Source: Clostridia bacterium
GTDB lineage: Bacteria; Bacillota; Clostridia; Oscillospirales; CAG-272
DNA: 57,031 nt
Direction: 5' to 3'
Assembly (NCBI GenBank): GCA_017415485.1
Contig: JAFQGP010000016.1
Coordinates: 1 to 57,031 of the forward strand
The notes under the pieces were generated by a model. The model was not told the origin of the DNA, did no database searches, and saw nothing but the letters and a program-made list of their open reading frames with translations. Every line of letters starts with the position of its first letter. Position 1 is the first letter of the stretch. Both the position numbers and the translations under genes were made by a program. Below are positions 26,616 to 36,993 of the stretch, in pieces.

Positions 26616-27926
26616 TTATTTCAAATTTTCAAGCATTTCCTTCGCCGCGCTGACGATCTCTTCCTCGAGCGAAGGCATAAAGAATGAGGAGCAAGCCTCG
26701 TAGCCGCCCTGACCGAATGCCTCGGCGGTCGGCAAATAACCCTCGTAGCCGTTGGCGCAGACCACGGAAACAACGAACTTGTCGGGGCAAAGATCGCGCA
26801 TGATCTTTCCGTATGAGGTGAACGCCTCGCCGCCGAAGCCGACGAAGACCACGCCGCCCACGCCTATGACTGTGATGGGCACGGGTCGGAAGATGGGCTG
26901 CGCGCGAAGGGCAGCCACGCGATAGCAAAATGCGCGCTCTGCCATTGTGTAAGAGTCTGCGGGAATCTTTCCCGCCTTGTAGTCCTTGACCCACTCGACG
27001 CACTCATCGTACTTTTCAATGCCCTCGGTATTCGTGAGGGTGTAAAGGGTGCGGCACTCGGCAAAGATCGTGTCGCCCGCCGCGGGAGTCATTTCGTTCC
27101 AAACTGCAACTGCGGCATCGGCGACCGTTCTGCCCATAAATGCACTGTGCTCGTAACGCTTGCCGCGGAGGCGTTTTTCCTTCGGCAGGAAGTAATCGTA
27201 GTGGTTGGAGTCGCCCTGACAGCCCGTGAAGAAGAGGCAGGACGTGCCCGCAATGTCCTCCTCGAGGAAGCGGCGAGCGAAGCCCGGCCAGTCGGCAGAC
27301 CACTTGGTGCCTCCGATGACGTCGGGGTGGGTGGAGAAATTGAGGATCGCAATGTCGTTTTTGTCTGCTCTCGCAAAACGAACAAGTCGCATCGTGTTGT
27401 CGGCTTCGGCACAGCGACCCGTCAGCGTGAATTTCGAGCTCGGATTGGTGACAACGCCCGCCTCTTTTGTAAAATATCGGCGCACGAATGCGATCGGCTC
27501 TGCCACGTCACGCGCAGACACCGACATTTCTGCATCGGCTCTGTCGTCGAGTGCCATCTGTGCGGCATCCGCAAAGCGGCGGTAGACAACGTCGATGAAG
27601 TTCTTGTCGCGCAGCGAGGTATCGCGCGTTGCCGGATCGGAAAGGCAGGGGCTTGTGTGCTGATGCAGCGCGGCGATCAGAATGTGATCGACCGGCACAC
27701 CCGTCCGCTCGCAGATGAGACGGCGGATCTTGAGGTTTTCATCCATCTTGATGCCGATGTAGTCGGCAGCCATAAGAAGAACGGTCTCCTCACCGACCGT
27801 CAGCGCAACGACGTTGAGGTAGAGCGGATCAAGCGTCCCATCCGCAAGACGGCGCTCGTAATAACCCGAAAGATCGTTTCCAAAGGGCGGTGTGATATCA
27901 ACTCTTGCAAATCCTGCTTGTAACAT
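26616..27926 (-). CDS. Neutral/alkaline ceramidase-like metallo-amidohydrolase
   Basis: AGFARVDITPP, DPLY, ALHQHTSP, NFSTHP, SADWPG, GCQGD, GEAF and ANGYEGYLPT...GGYE. Confidence 0.8.
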   Translation of the reverse strand: MLQAGFARVDITPPFGNDLSGYYERRLADGTLDPLYLNVVALTVGEETVLLMAADYIGIKMDENLKIRRLICERTGVPVDHILIAALHQHTSPCLSDPATRDTSLRDKNFIDVVYRRFADAAQMALDDRADAEMSVSARDVAEPIAFVRRYFTKEAGVVTNPSSKFTLTGRCAEADNTMRLVRFARADKNDIAILNFSTHPDVIGGTKWSADWPGFARRFLEEDIAGTSCLFFTGCQGDSNHYDYFLPKEKRLRGKRYEHSAFMGRTVADAAVAVWNEMTPAAGDTIFAECRTLYTLTNTEGIEKYDECVEWVKDYKAGKIPADSYTMAERAFCYRVAALRAQPIFRPVPITVIGVGGVVFVGFGGEAFTSYGKIMRDLCPDKFVVSVVCANGYEGYLPTAEAFGQGGYEACSSFFMPSLEEEIVSAAKEMLENLK

Positions 27927-27962
27927 GGTGATTCTCCTTTTTGAGGTTGATTTATTAACTTA

Positions 27963-27991
27963 ATTATACAATATTGCCGTCAATTTGTCAA
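27963..27991 (-). promoter_or_regulatory. Sigma-A promoter for the ceramidase-like/oxidoreductase pair
   Basis: Minus-strand TTGACA (27986-27991), 17 bp, TATAAT (27963-27968). Confidence 0.7.
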
Positions 27992-28104
27992 TCGGTTGCG
28001 GGTTTTTATCATTGGTTTTCGATGGTTTTTTCCAATAAAAAAGGTGCTGCTTCACTGTTTTGTCAATGAAGCAGCACCATATTTCCATATGTAAGATTCA
28101 GAGA

Positions 28105-28692
28105 TTATTTGAAATATCTCTTAAGAAGACCCTCGAGAGCTCTGCCGTGGCGAGCTTCGTCTCTTGCCATCTCGTGAACGGTGTCGTGGATAGCGTCGAG
28201 GTTGTTCTTCTTTGCGCACTTTGCAAGGTCGAACTTGCCTGCGGTTGCGCCGTATTCGCAGTCAACGCGCCATGCAAGATTGTCCTTGGTGGTCGCCTTC
28301 ATGTTGGGCTCGAGGTCCTCGCCGAGGAGCTCTGCGAACTTTGCGGCATGCTCTGCCTCTTCATAAGCTGCCTTTTCCCAGTAAAGACCGATCTCGGGGT
28401 AGCCCTCGCGGTGTGCGATGCGAGCCATGCAGAGATACATACCAACCTCGGAGCACTCGCCCTGGAAGTTAGCCATGAGCTGCTCGAAGATGTACTTCTT
28501 GTCTTCCTCGGAAACGTCGGGGTTGTTCTTTACGGTCTTTGCGTAGATGCCGTACTCGTGCTCTGCTGCGAGAGCCGCGCCCTCTTCCATTACCTTGAAC
28601 TTGGATGCGGGAACCTTACAAACGGGACACTTTTCGGGAGCTGCGTCGCCCTCGTGAACGTAACCGCAAACGGAACATACAAACTTTGCCAT
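28105..28692 (-). CDS. Reverse rubrerythrin (NADH peroxidase)
   Basis: N-terminal rubredoxin-like CSVCG...CPVC followed by ferritin-like EAEH and EARH motifs. Confidence 0.93.
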   Translation of the reverse strand: MAKFVCSVCGYVHEGDAAPEKCPVCKVPASKFKVMEEGAALAAEHEYGIYAKTVKNNPDVSEEDKKYIFEQLMANFQGECSEVGMYLCMARIAHREGYPEIGLYWEKAAYEEAEHAAKFAELLGEDLEPNMKATTKDNLAWRVDCEYGATAGKFDLAKCAKKNNLDAIHDTVHEMARDEARHGRALEGLLKRYFK

Positions 28693-28725
28693 GATGATTT
28701 TACCTCACTTTTATATTTTAGTTTT

Positions 28726-30405
28726 TTAATTTATACCAAGCTTCTCGGCTGCTGCCTCGATAGCATCGGATTCTTTGAGAGATGAGAAGAGCATTTCGCG
28801 CTTGCATCGGATGCCGTTGCGCTCGAGTACCGTGTAAGCCGCAAGGCTGACGGCGGGAAGGATCTCGGGCTCGGCAAAAATATAGGCGTTCCAGGACTGA
28901 CCCGCGAAGGAGCGCGTCCAGTCGTTGAGATTGACAGCCTCCGACATCGGAATGAATTCGCCGTCGTAAGTCAGGACGGGCGTGCGGCTGTAATCCTTCG
29001 CCATGCTGATGTGCGGGATCGCGATGTGAATATCGTACATTTCGGGACGCTGCATACCGAGCTTTTCGGCATAGATGCGCGACTGCTCAAGGATCTCCTC
29101 GCGGAGTCGCGGGAGCAGGCTGACAGCCGCCGCAAGACCCGAAATTCCAAGGTCGCGCGAGTTGATCCCGCCCGCGGAATGGATATTCGACTGGCTGATG
29201 ACGAGTGCCTTTTTCGGCAGACGGCGAGCAAGAACTCTTGCCGCCATATCGCCAACCGTCACATCGCTTTCCTCCGAAAGCTTCCAATCCGTGATCGCGG
29301 GGCGAAGCGCCTTGTCAGCCGAGGGCGCGCCGATCGAATAGATGTCGTTGTCGCAAAGGTAGAGGAAGTCGATGGGGTGCGAGAAGCGGCCGCTTCTCTG
29401 CATTCCGACGACCATATCCTCGATCAGCGACTCTGCGGCGAGCACTTTTTGGTGCTGATAGATGTATCTCGAGAGCATCAGCTTCGAGAAGACCATTTCC
29501 TCGACGGTCGACAGACCCGAAACGGGGACGGTCAGATGTCGCTCGACGGTGCCGTCGTCGGACACGCGGTCGGCGAGGCGGAGTTTATAAAGGAATCGGT
29601 CGATGTGGTAGCCGAGGGCAAGACCCGTCGCGTAGCTGTCGCGGCGGAGATAGTCGAGCGCGTCGGCGTCGAACTGACCGTTGATCATTTCGGTCAGATA
29701 AACGTAGCGCACGCCGTCCTTGACCTCGGGCGGAGCGCCGACGATCATTCGTCCGACCTCTTCAAGCAGCTCGGCGGCATTCTCGCCATCCTCGAAGGGA
29801 TAACCGAGGCTTTCGCCGAAGCATTTTACGAAAGTGGGAGTGTTTATGATGATGTAACCGAGCATTTCGTGCGGCTGAGCGCGCTCAAACATCGGCTCGG
29901 TCGCCTTGAGCTCCTTCATTGCGGGCATCTCGCCGTAAATGGTTTCGGATAAGTGCGAGAAGAAGCAATGTCCGACGTCGTGGAGAAGCGCGGCGAGTCG
30001 GAGTCGGCGCTGATGCGATGCGGGGATGGTCTGCTCCTTGCCCGCCATAACGGCGGCATCGTGGCGCGCGACGCCCGCGATCATCTGCGCGACGACGGCA
30101 ACAACGCCAAGCGTGTGCTCGAATCGCGAATGATGCGCGGAAGGATAGGTAAGCTGCGCAAGTCCAAGCTGATTGATGCGGCGCAAACGCTGAAGAAGGG
30201 GAGAATCTATGAGCTCAAGCTCCCAGGGGTAGAACATAACAGTCCCCCAGACGCAGTCGTGAATGACCTTTGTGCCCGTGATGGTACGCGGCTTGAAATT
30301 CGCCATATTTTCCGCAACAAAAGCATCCGCACGGCGTTGAAAATCAAGATAAAGCTCGCTCTTCGGCGCCCCCGGCGCCGGGCGGGAGAATGAATTCTTT
30401 TTCAT
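28726..30405 (-). CDS. HD-domain dNTP triphosphohydrolase-like protein (SAMHD1/YdhJ-type)
   Basis: IHDCVWG, LQRLRRINQLG, HSRFEHTLG, LLHDVGH..FSH, DADALDYLRRD and YQHQK. Start ATG at 30405 with GGAGG. Confidence 0.88.
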   Translation of the reverse strand: MKKNSFSRPAPGAPKSELYLDFQRRADAFVAENMANFKPRTITGTKVIHDCVWGTVMFYPWELELIDSPLLQRLRRINQLGLAQLTYPSAHHSRFEHTLGVVAVVAQMIAGVARHDAAVMAGKEQTIPASHQRRLRLAALLHDVGHCFFSHLSETIYGEMPAMKELKATEPMFERAQPHEMLGYIIINTPTFVKCFGESLGYPFEDGENAAELLEEVGRMIVGAPPEVKDGVRYVYLTEMINGQFDADALDYLRRDSYATGLALGYHIDRFLYKLRLADRVSDDGTVERHLTVPVSGLSTVEEMVFSKLMLSRYIYQHQKVLAAESLIEDMVVGMQRSGRFSHPIDFLYLCDNDIYSIGAPSADKALRPAITDWKLSEESDVTVGDMAARVLARRLPKKALVISQSNIHSAGGINSRDLGISGLAAAVSLLPRLREEILEQSRIYAEKLGMQRPEMYDIHIAIPHISMAKDYSRTPVLTYDGEFIPMSEAVNLNDWTRSFAGQSWNAYIFAEPEILPAVSLAAYTVLERNGIRCKREMLFSSLKESDAIEAAAEKLGIN

Positions 30406-30543
30406 AAAGCGATCCTCCGAATAAGCAGAATGCAAAGCCAAAGTATCTATACTTGACCAATTTTATTATAACACAAATTTTACCAAATTGCAATAGGGTG
30501 GGGCAAAAATGTTAGCACATCGTGTGTCCAAAATAATCAAATG

Positions 30544-30611
30544 ACCAATTACGCCAAATTTGCTACCAATTACGCCAAATGATTTACATATGACATGAAA
30601 TAATATATAAT
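30544..30611 (+). promoter_or_regulatory. Promoter of the large surface protein with an upstream 16-bp perfect direct repeat
   Basis: accaattacgccaaat at 30544 and 30565 (21-bp period), then TTTACA (30583-30588), 17 bp, TATAAT (30606-30611). Confidence 0.75.
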
Positions 30612-30682
30612 ATAACTTAACTATCTATTTTTTAAAGAATAATAGTAAACAAAATTCAAAATCTTTTTGAGAGGGAAATGAT

Positions 30683-33600
30683 ATGAAAAAACGGATTTTA
30701 AGCGTGATGCTGACGGTTGTGATGCTCTGCTGCCTTGTGGCAGTATTTGGCATAAATACGAATGCTGCTGACATTGCAATCGGATCAGAAGGAAATATTT
30801 CTTGGGTGTTGGCTGCTGATGGTACATTGACCATTTCGGGTACCGGAGCTATGCCGGATTATTCGTCGAGTTCAACAAGACCGAGTTGGGATCAATATAA
30901 AGATCAGATTACAAGTGTAATTGTTGAAGGGAGTGTTTCTTCGGTAGGAACATACTCATTTTACAGTTATAAAAATATATCTAAAGTGGATATCGGCGGC
31001 TCTGTAAAGAGTATTGGAAGTAGTGCGTTTAGTAGCTGCAGCGCCATTGATTCACTGACATTGTCGGAAGGTGTTGAAACTATTGGATATGATGCGTTTT
31101 ATAATTGTGAAAATATAAAAAAGCTGACTGTCCCCGCCAGTGCTACAGATATCTCTGACGACGCATTTTCCAGTTGCAAAATAGAAGAAGTAATTTTTGC
31201 TCCAGGAACTCAAGTAATTACATGTAAAAGTTCCGGTGCTTCGTCTGCCGGACCATTTGCCAGTTCTGCATTGAAAAAAATTACTCTTCCTTCTACGGTT
31301 GAAACCATTGAAAGACGTGCTTTCTACGATAGTACAAATTTAAATGAAGTTGTAATACCTAATAGTGTTACTTATATTGGTTTTGAAGCTTTTGCCACCT
31401 ATTACCCTCAAGGTGTTGATCAGTTATTTTTTGAAGACGGCGGTAATGAACCACTTGAAATAGATGAGAGAGCTTTCAGAAATTGCACAATAAGCAGTCT
31501 TGTTCTTCCGGAAAGAGTTAAAACAATAGGCGCATATGCTTTTTCAGGAAATAAACTTACGAGTGTACATATTCCCGAAAATGTTGAATCAATATCAACA
31601 TCATCATTTAATGGGGATTTAAAAACCATAACTGTTGATGAGAACAACGGCGCTTATAAAGCGATTGATGGAATTCTTTATACTAAAGACGGCAAAACTC
31701 TCGTGATGTGTCCGAGAGGAAGAAGTGGTAAGGTAAATATTCCGGAAGGTGTTGTAACAATTGGAGACTCTTCTTTTTATGGTTGTGAAAAAATTACTGC
31801 TGTAGCATTGTCTGAAGGATTGACTACAATTGAAGGATACGCGTTTTCAAAAACATATTTAACATCTATCCATTTGCCCTCGACTGTTACAGATTTTGAT
31901 TATAAAGCTTTTTATAACTCTTCAAATGACGGAGGTTACGATAAGCTGTCGAGTATTACGGTAGCTCCCGGAAATTCAGTATATAAATCTGTAGACGGTA
32001 TTCTATATAGCGCGGATGGCAAAACACTCTATATGTGTCCGAGAGCTAAAACGGGTGATATAGCGGTAATTGACGGTGTTGAAGACGTAGCAGATAATGC
32101 TTTTGAGAGTTGTACATTGGTTACATCAATAGTATTTCCCGATACTTTACAAACTCTCGGTAAAAATGCAATAAGCGGTAATTCGGTAAGAAAATTAAAT
32201 CTTTCCTCTATTGTTATACCTGCAAATACGGTATTGGAGGGAGCATCTTTTGGTAGTGTAGGCATCTATACCGGATCTTCTTATACAAATATAACTCAAC
32301 TAACGGTTACGAGCGGCGCATCATCTATTACGTTAACCGGAGAGGATATCAAAAAGGTGGCAGATAAGAATGTTGCTTCTGTCCCCACCGTTCCCGAATT
32401 GATGGCTAATGCAACGAATCCTTTTACCATTTCAGAACAGGTAGATGGTGATAAAGTCAGTTATACAGTTAGCGCCGGTCAAGTTACTCTTGACAATGAA
32501 AGCATTGATGCTATCGCGAATAACAGCAAAGTTATTTTCGATGACGGAAGCAATGACCTGACCGGATTGGTAGTAGCAACAGGCAGTATGATCGATAAAC
32601 CTGCTGACCCGACAAAGAGCGGCTTGACCTTTGTCGGTTGGTATAAGGAAAGCACCTGTATTAATGAGTGGAATTTTGACACCGATACAGTAACTGAAGA
32701 TATCACTCTCTATGCAAAGTGGACTTTCTCCGTTTCAAACATCGATGTTACAGGAAGTCTCGTAAAGCCCTACGACGGCGAACAGATCAAATTGACTGCA
32801 GAAAATAAAACAAACGCAACTTATCAGTGGTATAAAGATACAGTAGCAATTACCGGAGAAACAAGCAGAACCCTTACCCTTGACGGTAAGATCGCTGACA
32901 ACGGAAACTATTATTGTGTCATTACTTTAGACGGAGTAACTGCACAGACCAATGAAGTTACAGTTAATATATCCAAGGCAAAGGTGGAGTTTTTTGTTGA
33001 AGAAATGAGTTTGCCGTTGAGTATGGTAAATGGCAATTATGAAGCTTTGACACTAATAAATCTGCTTCAGACTTCTGGTTTGTTCTATGATCAAGTAGAA
33101 CAATTTGGTGTTACAGTTAAATATAATCAAATATCAGGGGGAAAAGATAGTGAACTGAGCAGCTTTCTTCAGAACGCAAGCAACGTATTAACTGTAAAGT
33201 TAGGAGATGAACAAGTTAACGGAGATGTTACAACATATCCCATTATTCTGAACTGTGATCCTAATAATAGCGAATATATTGCCCTTCAAACTCACTATGA
33301 TGTGACCTTTAGCTCGAACGGTAAGTTTGTTATCAAACCGGATGCTGTTATTGAATGGTGTGACAGTGTAGTACAAAACGAAGGCATATTCGTGGAATAT
33401 ACCGGTTCAGCAATAACGCCTTCTACTGACCTATTTACAGCTACAGATGGCAAAACTTCCGCAAACGTACTTACCGGAGGTACAAAGGGATATGAGTTCT
33501 ATTATATGATAACTGTTGAGGACATACTCACTAGTCAAAGAAATGATTATTATGAGTCTCTGCTTCAAACCTTTTTGACCTCATATACCGTGGGAGATTA

Positions 33601-36600
33601 TTCTGAATATGCTGACGCTATTAATAATCCCAACATTTATATGTCAAAGTATTTGGAGTATTTAGTAGAAGCCGAATTAAAAACTCTCGATTCTGAGTTC
33701 GTCAGCCTCGAACATGATGCGGGAGCAAGAATAGTCTTCAACTATTACGTCAAAGCCACCTATTCCGGTAACGATACATATTTCGGCACGGAAAGTGAGT
33801 TTGTTCTTCTTACCGTCAAGCCTATACCGCTTACCGTAAAGGCTAAAGATCAGACGATTTTCACCAATGGTGCGATAGTTGCGGATGTAAACGCTATCGT
33901 TCTTGAAGGTGCGATTCTTGCCAACGACGAATCCAGACAAACGCTCGAAAGCGCATTGCCTGCTCTTGTTGATCTTGGAATTATTACCATTGAAGTCAAC
34001 GCAGATACCTCTGTTGCCGGAGAATACACAAATGCTATTGTTGTGAAATACAATACCGAGAGATTAACTGAATTATCCGGCGAAAATGCTATCAAGGCAT
34101 CAATGTACGATATTACAACTGTAAATGGCATCCTGACTGTCGTTGACGTATCGGATGTAAACAGCACGATCAAATCTTTGCAAGACAAGATCGACGATCT
34201 GGAGGATGCTATCGGCAATCTTGGCACAAGCAACGATATAGCAAATCAGATAAACGAACTTTCTGCAAAGATCACAGCAGCGCAGAACGCTATCAACGCA
34301 CTTGATGATACGTATGCTACCGACGCTGAGTTGGCATCGGTAAAATTAGATCTTGAAGGCAAGATTACAGCAGCGCAGACCGCACTGCAGGGAAAAATCG
34401 ATGACCTCTCTGCCAAAGTTACGGATCTTACAACCCAACTCAACACCGCAAACGGCAAGATCGACACCAACTCCTCTGATATCGCAACACTTGAGGCCGA
34501 TGTTGACGCGCTCAAATCTTGGCAGACTGCGGCGCAGGATGCAATTTCTACACTCCAAAATTTGACTGCCTCTCAAGGTGCAAGTATTGTCGACTTGCAG
34601 ACTGCGGTTGCGAGTTTGCAGACTGCTGTTGATGCTGCTACATCCAATATCACCGCTGCCATAGATAGAATTGCTACCCTCGAAGGCAAGGTCTCGGCTC
34701 TTGAAACAGCAAAGACGCAACTTGAAGCAGACATAGCTGCTTTGCAGACTGCGGTTGCGACAAAGGCAGACGCTCAGGCGCTTACCGCTGCGATCAACAG
34801 CTTGAATGCATCGATCACAGAAGCAAAGGCTTATGCTGAATCGCAGGATGCAGCATTGAAGACCCTTCTCGAAGCAGCTGACGCGACGATCAATTCCGCT
34901 ATTGATGAACTCAAAGAAAGAGTCACCAACCTCGAAGACGGTCTCACTGCCGCAAACGGCAAGATCGACACCAACTCCTCGAATATCGAAACACTTAAGG
35001 CCGATGTTGACGCGCTCAAATCTTGGAAGGCCGAGGCACAGGCGGCGATCGACTCGCTCGAGTCGCTTTCTGCTACCAAGGCAGAGCTTGAAGCCGCTGT
35101 TACAGAGCTCAAGGCTGCTTTGAAGACCGCCAACGACAATATTTCCGCGGCGATCAAGAGGATCGAAGACCTCGAAGGCAAGGTCGAGGATCTTGAAAAG
35201 GATGCGGAAGCGCTCGAAAAGGCAGTTTCGGAGCTTAAGGCTGCGATGACCTCGACCACCGAGGCTCTTGCCAAGGAGATCAAGGATCTGAACACGGCTC
35301 TTGAAGCGGCAAAGAAGACAGCCGCCGAAGGCGACGCGGAACTTAAGAAGGCTATCGAGACCGCAGAAACCGCGCTTAAAGCCGCTGTCGGCGAGCTTGA
35401 GGGCAGAGTTGCCGTCATCGAATCCGTTCTTTCCGCGGCAAATGCGAACATTAATACCAACACCACCGACATCGCGACCCTTAAGGCGAACATCAAGACC
35501 ATAGAAATGCTTCAGTCCGAGGCCGAAAAGACCATCAAGGCTCTCGGCACGCTGATCGGCACAAATGAGGAGAATATCGCCGAGCTTCAGACCTCTGTCA
35601 CCAAGCTCCAGGAATCCGTTTACGCCGCCGACACCAAGATCGCCGCGGCTGAGGCGCGGATCGCAGTCCTTGAAGGCAAGGTCGAGGAGCTTGAAGGCGT
35701 GAAGAACGAGCTTCAGGCATCTGTTGCAAATCTTCAGGCAGCTCTTGCAACCAAGGCTGACCGCGAGGCGGTCAACAACGCCGTTGCCGCCCTGCAGGCA
35801 TCCATCTCCGCTCTGCAGTCGGCACAGAACAACTATATTTTCGCCGATATGACGCTCAAAAACGAGCTCACCGCTGCAATAAATGCAGCAAAGGAACTGG
35901 CAATTTCGACAGCGAAGGACCTTGTAAGTCAGTCGGCTACCGAGCTCCGGGCTGCCATCGACAAAAAGGCAGATTCCGCTACCCTTGAAGCAAAGGCGGC
36001 CGAGCTCGCAGAAGCTATCGTCCTTGCGGAGACCGCCTCCAAGGCTTACGCGGACGCACAGGATGCTCTCCTCAAGGAAGCCCTTGACGCCGAGCTCCTT
36101 GCTGCAAACGAGCTTATCGCTTCGCTCGGAATCAGAATGACCGATGCGGAAGCGGCTATCGACGCTCTTGAAAGCGCAGTTGAAGTGCTGCAGAAAGTTA
36201 CCGCAGACGATGCGCAGGCACTCAAGGATGCCGTTGCGTCGCTTAGTCAGGCTCTCGCGGATGCAAAGGCATTGGCGGCGGAGTCCGACATCGCTATCGA
36301 AACCGCGCTTGGTCTTGTGATCTCCGAAGCACAGAAAGCACTTGAAGCAAAGATCTCCGACGTTCAGTCGGGGCTCAACAAGGCGATCAAGGATCTCAAG
36401 GCAGCCGATGCTTCGAACGCCGATGAGCTGAAGAAGGCGATCAAGTCCATCGAAGATGCAATGGCAGCAGCCGAGTCCGCAAGAGATGCGGCAGACAACG
36501 CACTCGAATCGAAGCTCACCGAGGCACAGACCGAGCTGACCCGCAAGATCGCGGAGGTCCAGGCTAACCTTGACACCGCAAAGACCGAGCTTGGCAAGGC

Positions 36601-36937
36601 TATCGAGTCGGGCGACACAGCCCTTGGCGAGAAGATCAAGGAGCTGAACGAAGCACTCGAAGCGGCAAAGGCGGCAACCGAGGCATCTGATGTCACTCTG
36701 AAGACCGAGCTCACGGCAAAGATCGATGAAGCTGACGCGGCAATTTACGCGCTGATCGAGAAGCTCCAGAAGGAACTTCAGGAATCAAACGTAGAACTGA
36801 ACACCGCCATAGAAGAGGGCGATGACGAGCTGAATACACAGTTTATCATTTCCACCTCAGTCGCAGGTGTCGGCGTTGCAGGCAACATCGGACTTCTTGC
36901 CTGGATCATTATCAGCAAGAAAAGAAGACTTTTCTAA
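30683..36937 (+). CDS. 2084-aa surface protein: BspA-type leucine-rich repeats, InlB B-repeat/Ig-like domains, long coiled-coil stalk and C-terminal membrane anchor
   Basis: Signal peptide, GTLTISGTGAM, V..IG..AF repeats, GILYTKDGKTL, PADPTKSGLTFVGWY...W.F...V..DITLYAKW, about 900 aa of heptad repeats, and a TM helix followed by KKRR. Confidence 0.88.
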   Translation: MKKRILSVMLTVVMLCCLVAVFGINTNAADIAIGSEGNISWVLAADGTLTISGTGAMPDYSSSSTRPSWDQYKDQITSVIVEGSVSSVGTYSFYSYKNISKVDIGGSVKSIGSSAFSSCSAIDSLTLSEGVETIGYDAFYNCENIKKLTVPASATDISDDAFSSCKIEEVIFAPGTQVITCKSSGASSAGPFASSALKKITLPSTVETIERRAFYDSTNLNEVVIPNSVTYIGFEAFATYYPQGVDQLFFEDGGNEPLEIDERAFRNCTISSLVLPERVKTIGAYAFSGNKLTSVHIPENVESISTSSFNGDLKTITVDENNGAYKAIDGILYTKDGKTLVMCPRGRSGKVNIPEGVVTIGDSSFYGCEKITAVALSEGLTTIEGYAFSKTYLTSIHLPSTVTDFDYKAFYNSSNDGGYDKLSSITVAPGNSVYKSVDGILYSADGKTLYMCPRAKTGDIAVIDGVEDVADNAFESCTLVTSIVFPDTLQTLGKNAISGNSVRKLNLSSIVIPANTVLEGASFGSVGIYTGSSYTNITQLTVTSGASSITLTGEDIKKVADKNVASVPTVPELMANATNPFTISEQVDGDKVSYTVSAGQVTLDNESIDAIANNSKVIFDDGSNDLTGLVVATGSMIDKPADPTKSGLTFVGWYKESTCINEWNFDTDTVTEDITLYAKWTFSVSNIDVTGSLVKPYDGEQIKLTAENKTNATYQWYKDTVAITGETSRTLTLDGKIADNGNYYCVITLDGVTAQTNEVTVNISKAKVEFFVEEMSLPLSMVNGNYEALTLINLLQTSGLFYDQVEQFGVTVKYNQISGGKDSELSSFLQNASNVLTVKLGDEQVNGDVTTYPIILNCDPNNSEYIALQTHYDVTFSSNGKFVIKPDAVIEWCDSVVQNEGIFVEYTGSAITPSTDLFTATDGKTSANVLTGGTKGYEFYYMITVEDILTSQRNDYYESLLQTFLTSYTVGDYSEYADAINNPNIYMSKYLEYLVEAELKTLDSEFVSLEHDAGARIVFNYYVKATYSGNDTYFGTESEFVLLTVKPIPLTVKAKDQTIFTNGAIVADVNAIVLEGAILANDESRQTLESALPALVDLGIITIEVNADTSVAGEYTNAIVVKYNTERLTELSGENAIKASMYDITTVNGILTVVDVSDVNSTIKSLQDKIDDLEDAIGNLGTSNDIANQINELSAKITAAQNAINALDDTYATDAELASVKLDLEGKITAAQTALQGKIDDLSAKVTDLTTQLNTANGKIDTNSSDIATLEADVDALKSWQTAAQDAISTLQNLTASQGASIVDLQTAVASLQTAVDAATSNITAAIDRIATLEGKVSALETAKTQLEADIAALQTAVATKADAQALTAAINSLNASITEAKAYAESQDAALKTLLEAADATINSAIDELKERVTNLEDGLTAANGKIDTNSSNIETLKADVDALKSWKAEAQAAIDSLESLSATKAELEAAVTELKAALKTANDNISAAIKRIEDLEGKVEDLEKDAEALEKAVSELKAAMTSTTEALAKEIKDLNTALEAAKKTAAEGDAELKKAIETAETALKAAVGELEGRVAVIESVLSAANANINTNTTDIATLKANIKTIEMLQSEAEKTIKALGTLIGTNEENIAELQTSVTKLQESVYAADTKIAAAEARIAVLEGKVEELEGVKNELQASVANLQAALATKADREAVNNAVAALQASISALQSAQNNYIFADMTLKNELTAAINAAKELAISTAKDLVSQSATELRAAIDKKADSATLEAKAAELAEAIVLAETASKAYADAQDALLKEALDAELLAANELIASLGIRMTDAEAAIDALESAVEVLQKVTADDAQALKDAVASLSQALADAKALAAESDIAIETALGLVISEAQKALEAKISDVQSGLNKAIKDLKAADASNADELKKAIKSIEDAMAAAESARDAADNALESKLTEAQTELTRKIAEVQANLDTAKTELGKAIESGDTALGEKIKELNEALEAAKAATEASDVTLKTELTAKIDEADAAIYALIEKLQKELQESNVELNTAIEEGDDELNTQFIISTSVAGVGVAGNIGLLAWIIISKKRRLF

Positions 36938-36952
36938 GATAATTACATAACA

Positions 36953-36988
36953 AAAAACGCTATGGGGGATCTTCCTCATAGCGTTTTT
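36953..36988. terminator. Bidirectional terminator between convergent genes
   Basis: aaaaacgctatggggga-tct-tcctcatagcgttttt. Confidence 0.7.
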
Positions 36989-36993
36989 CTGTC

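Noticed and set aside
34446-35026. Diversity-generating retroelement template/variable repeat pair
   Set aside because: Both copies are in frame within one coiled-coil gene as part of a 504-bp periodicity, and there is no reverse transcriptase in the window.
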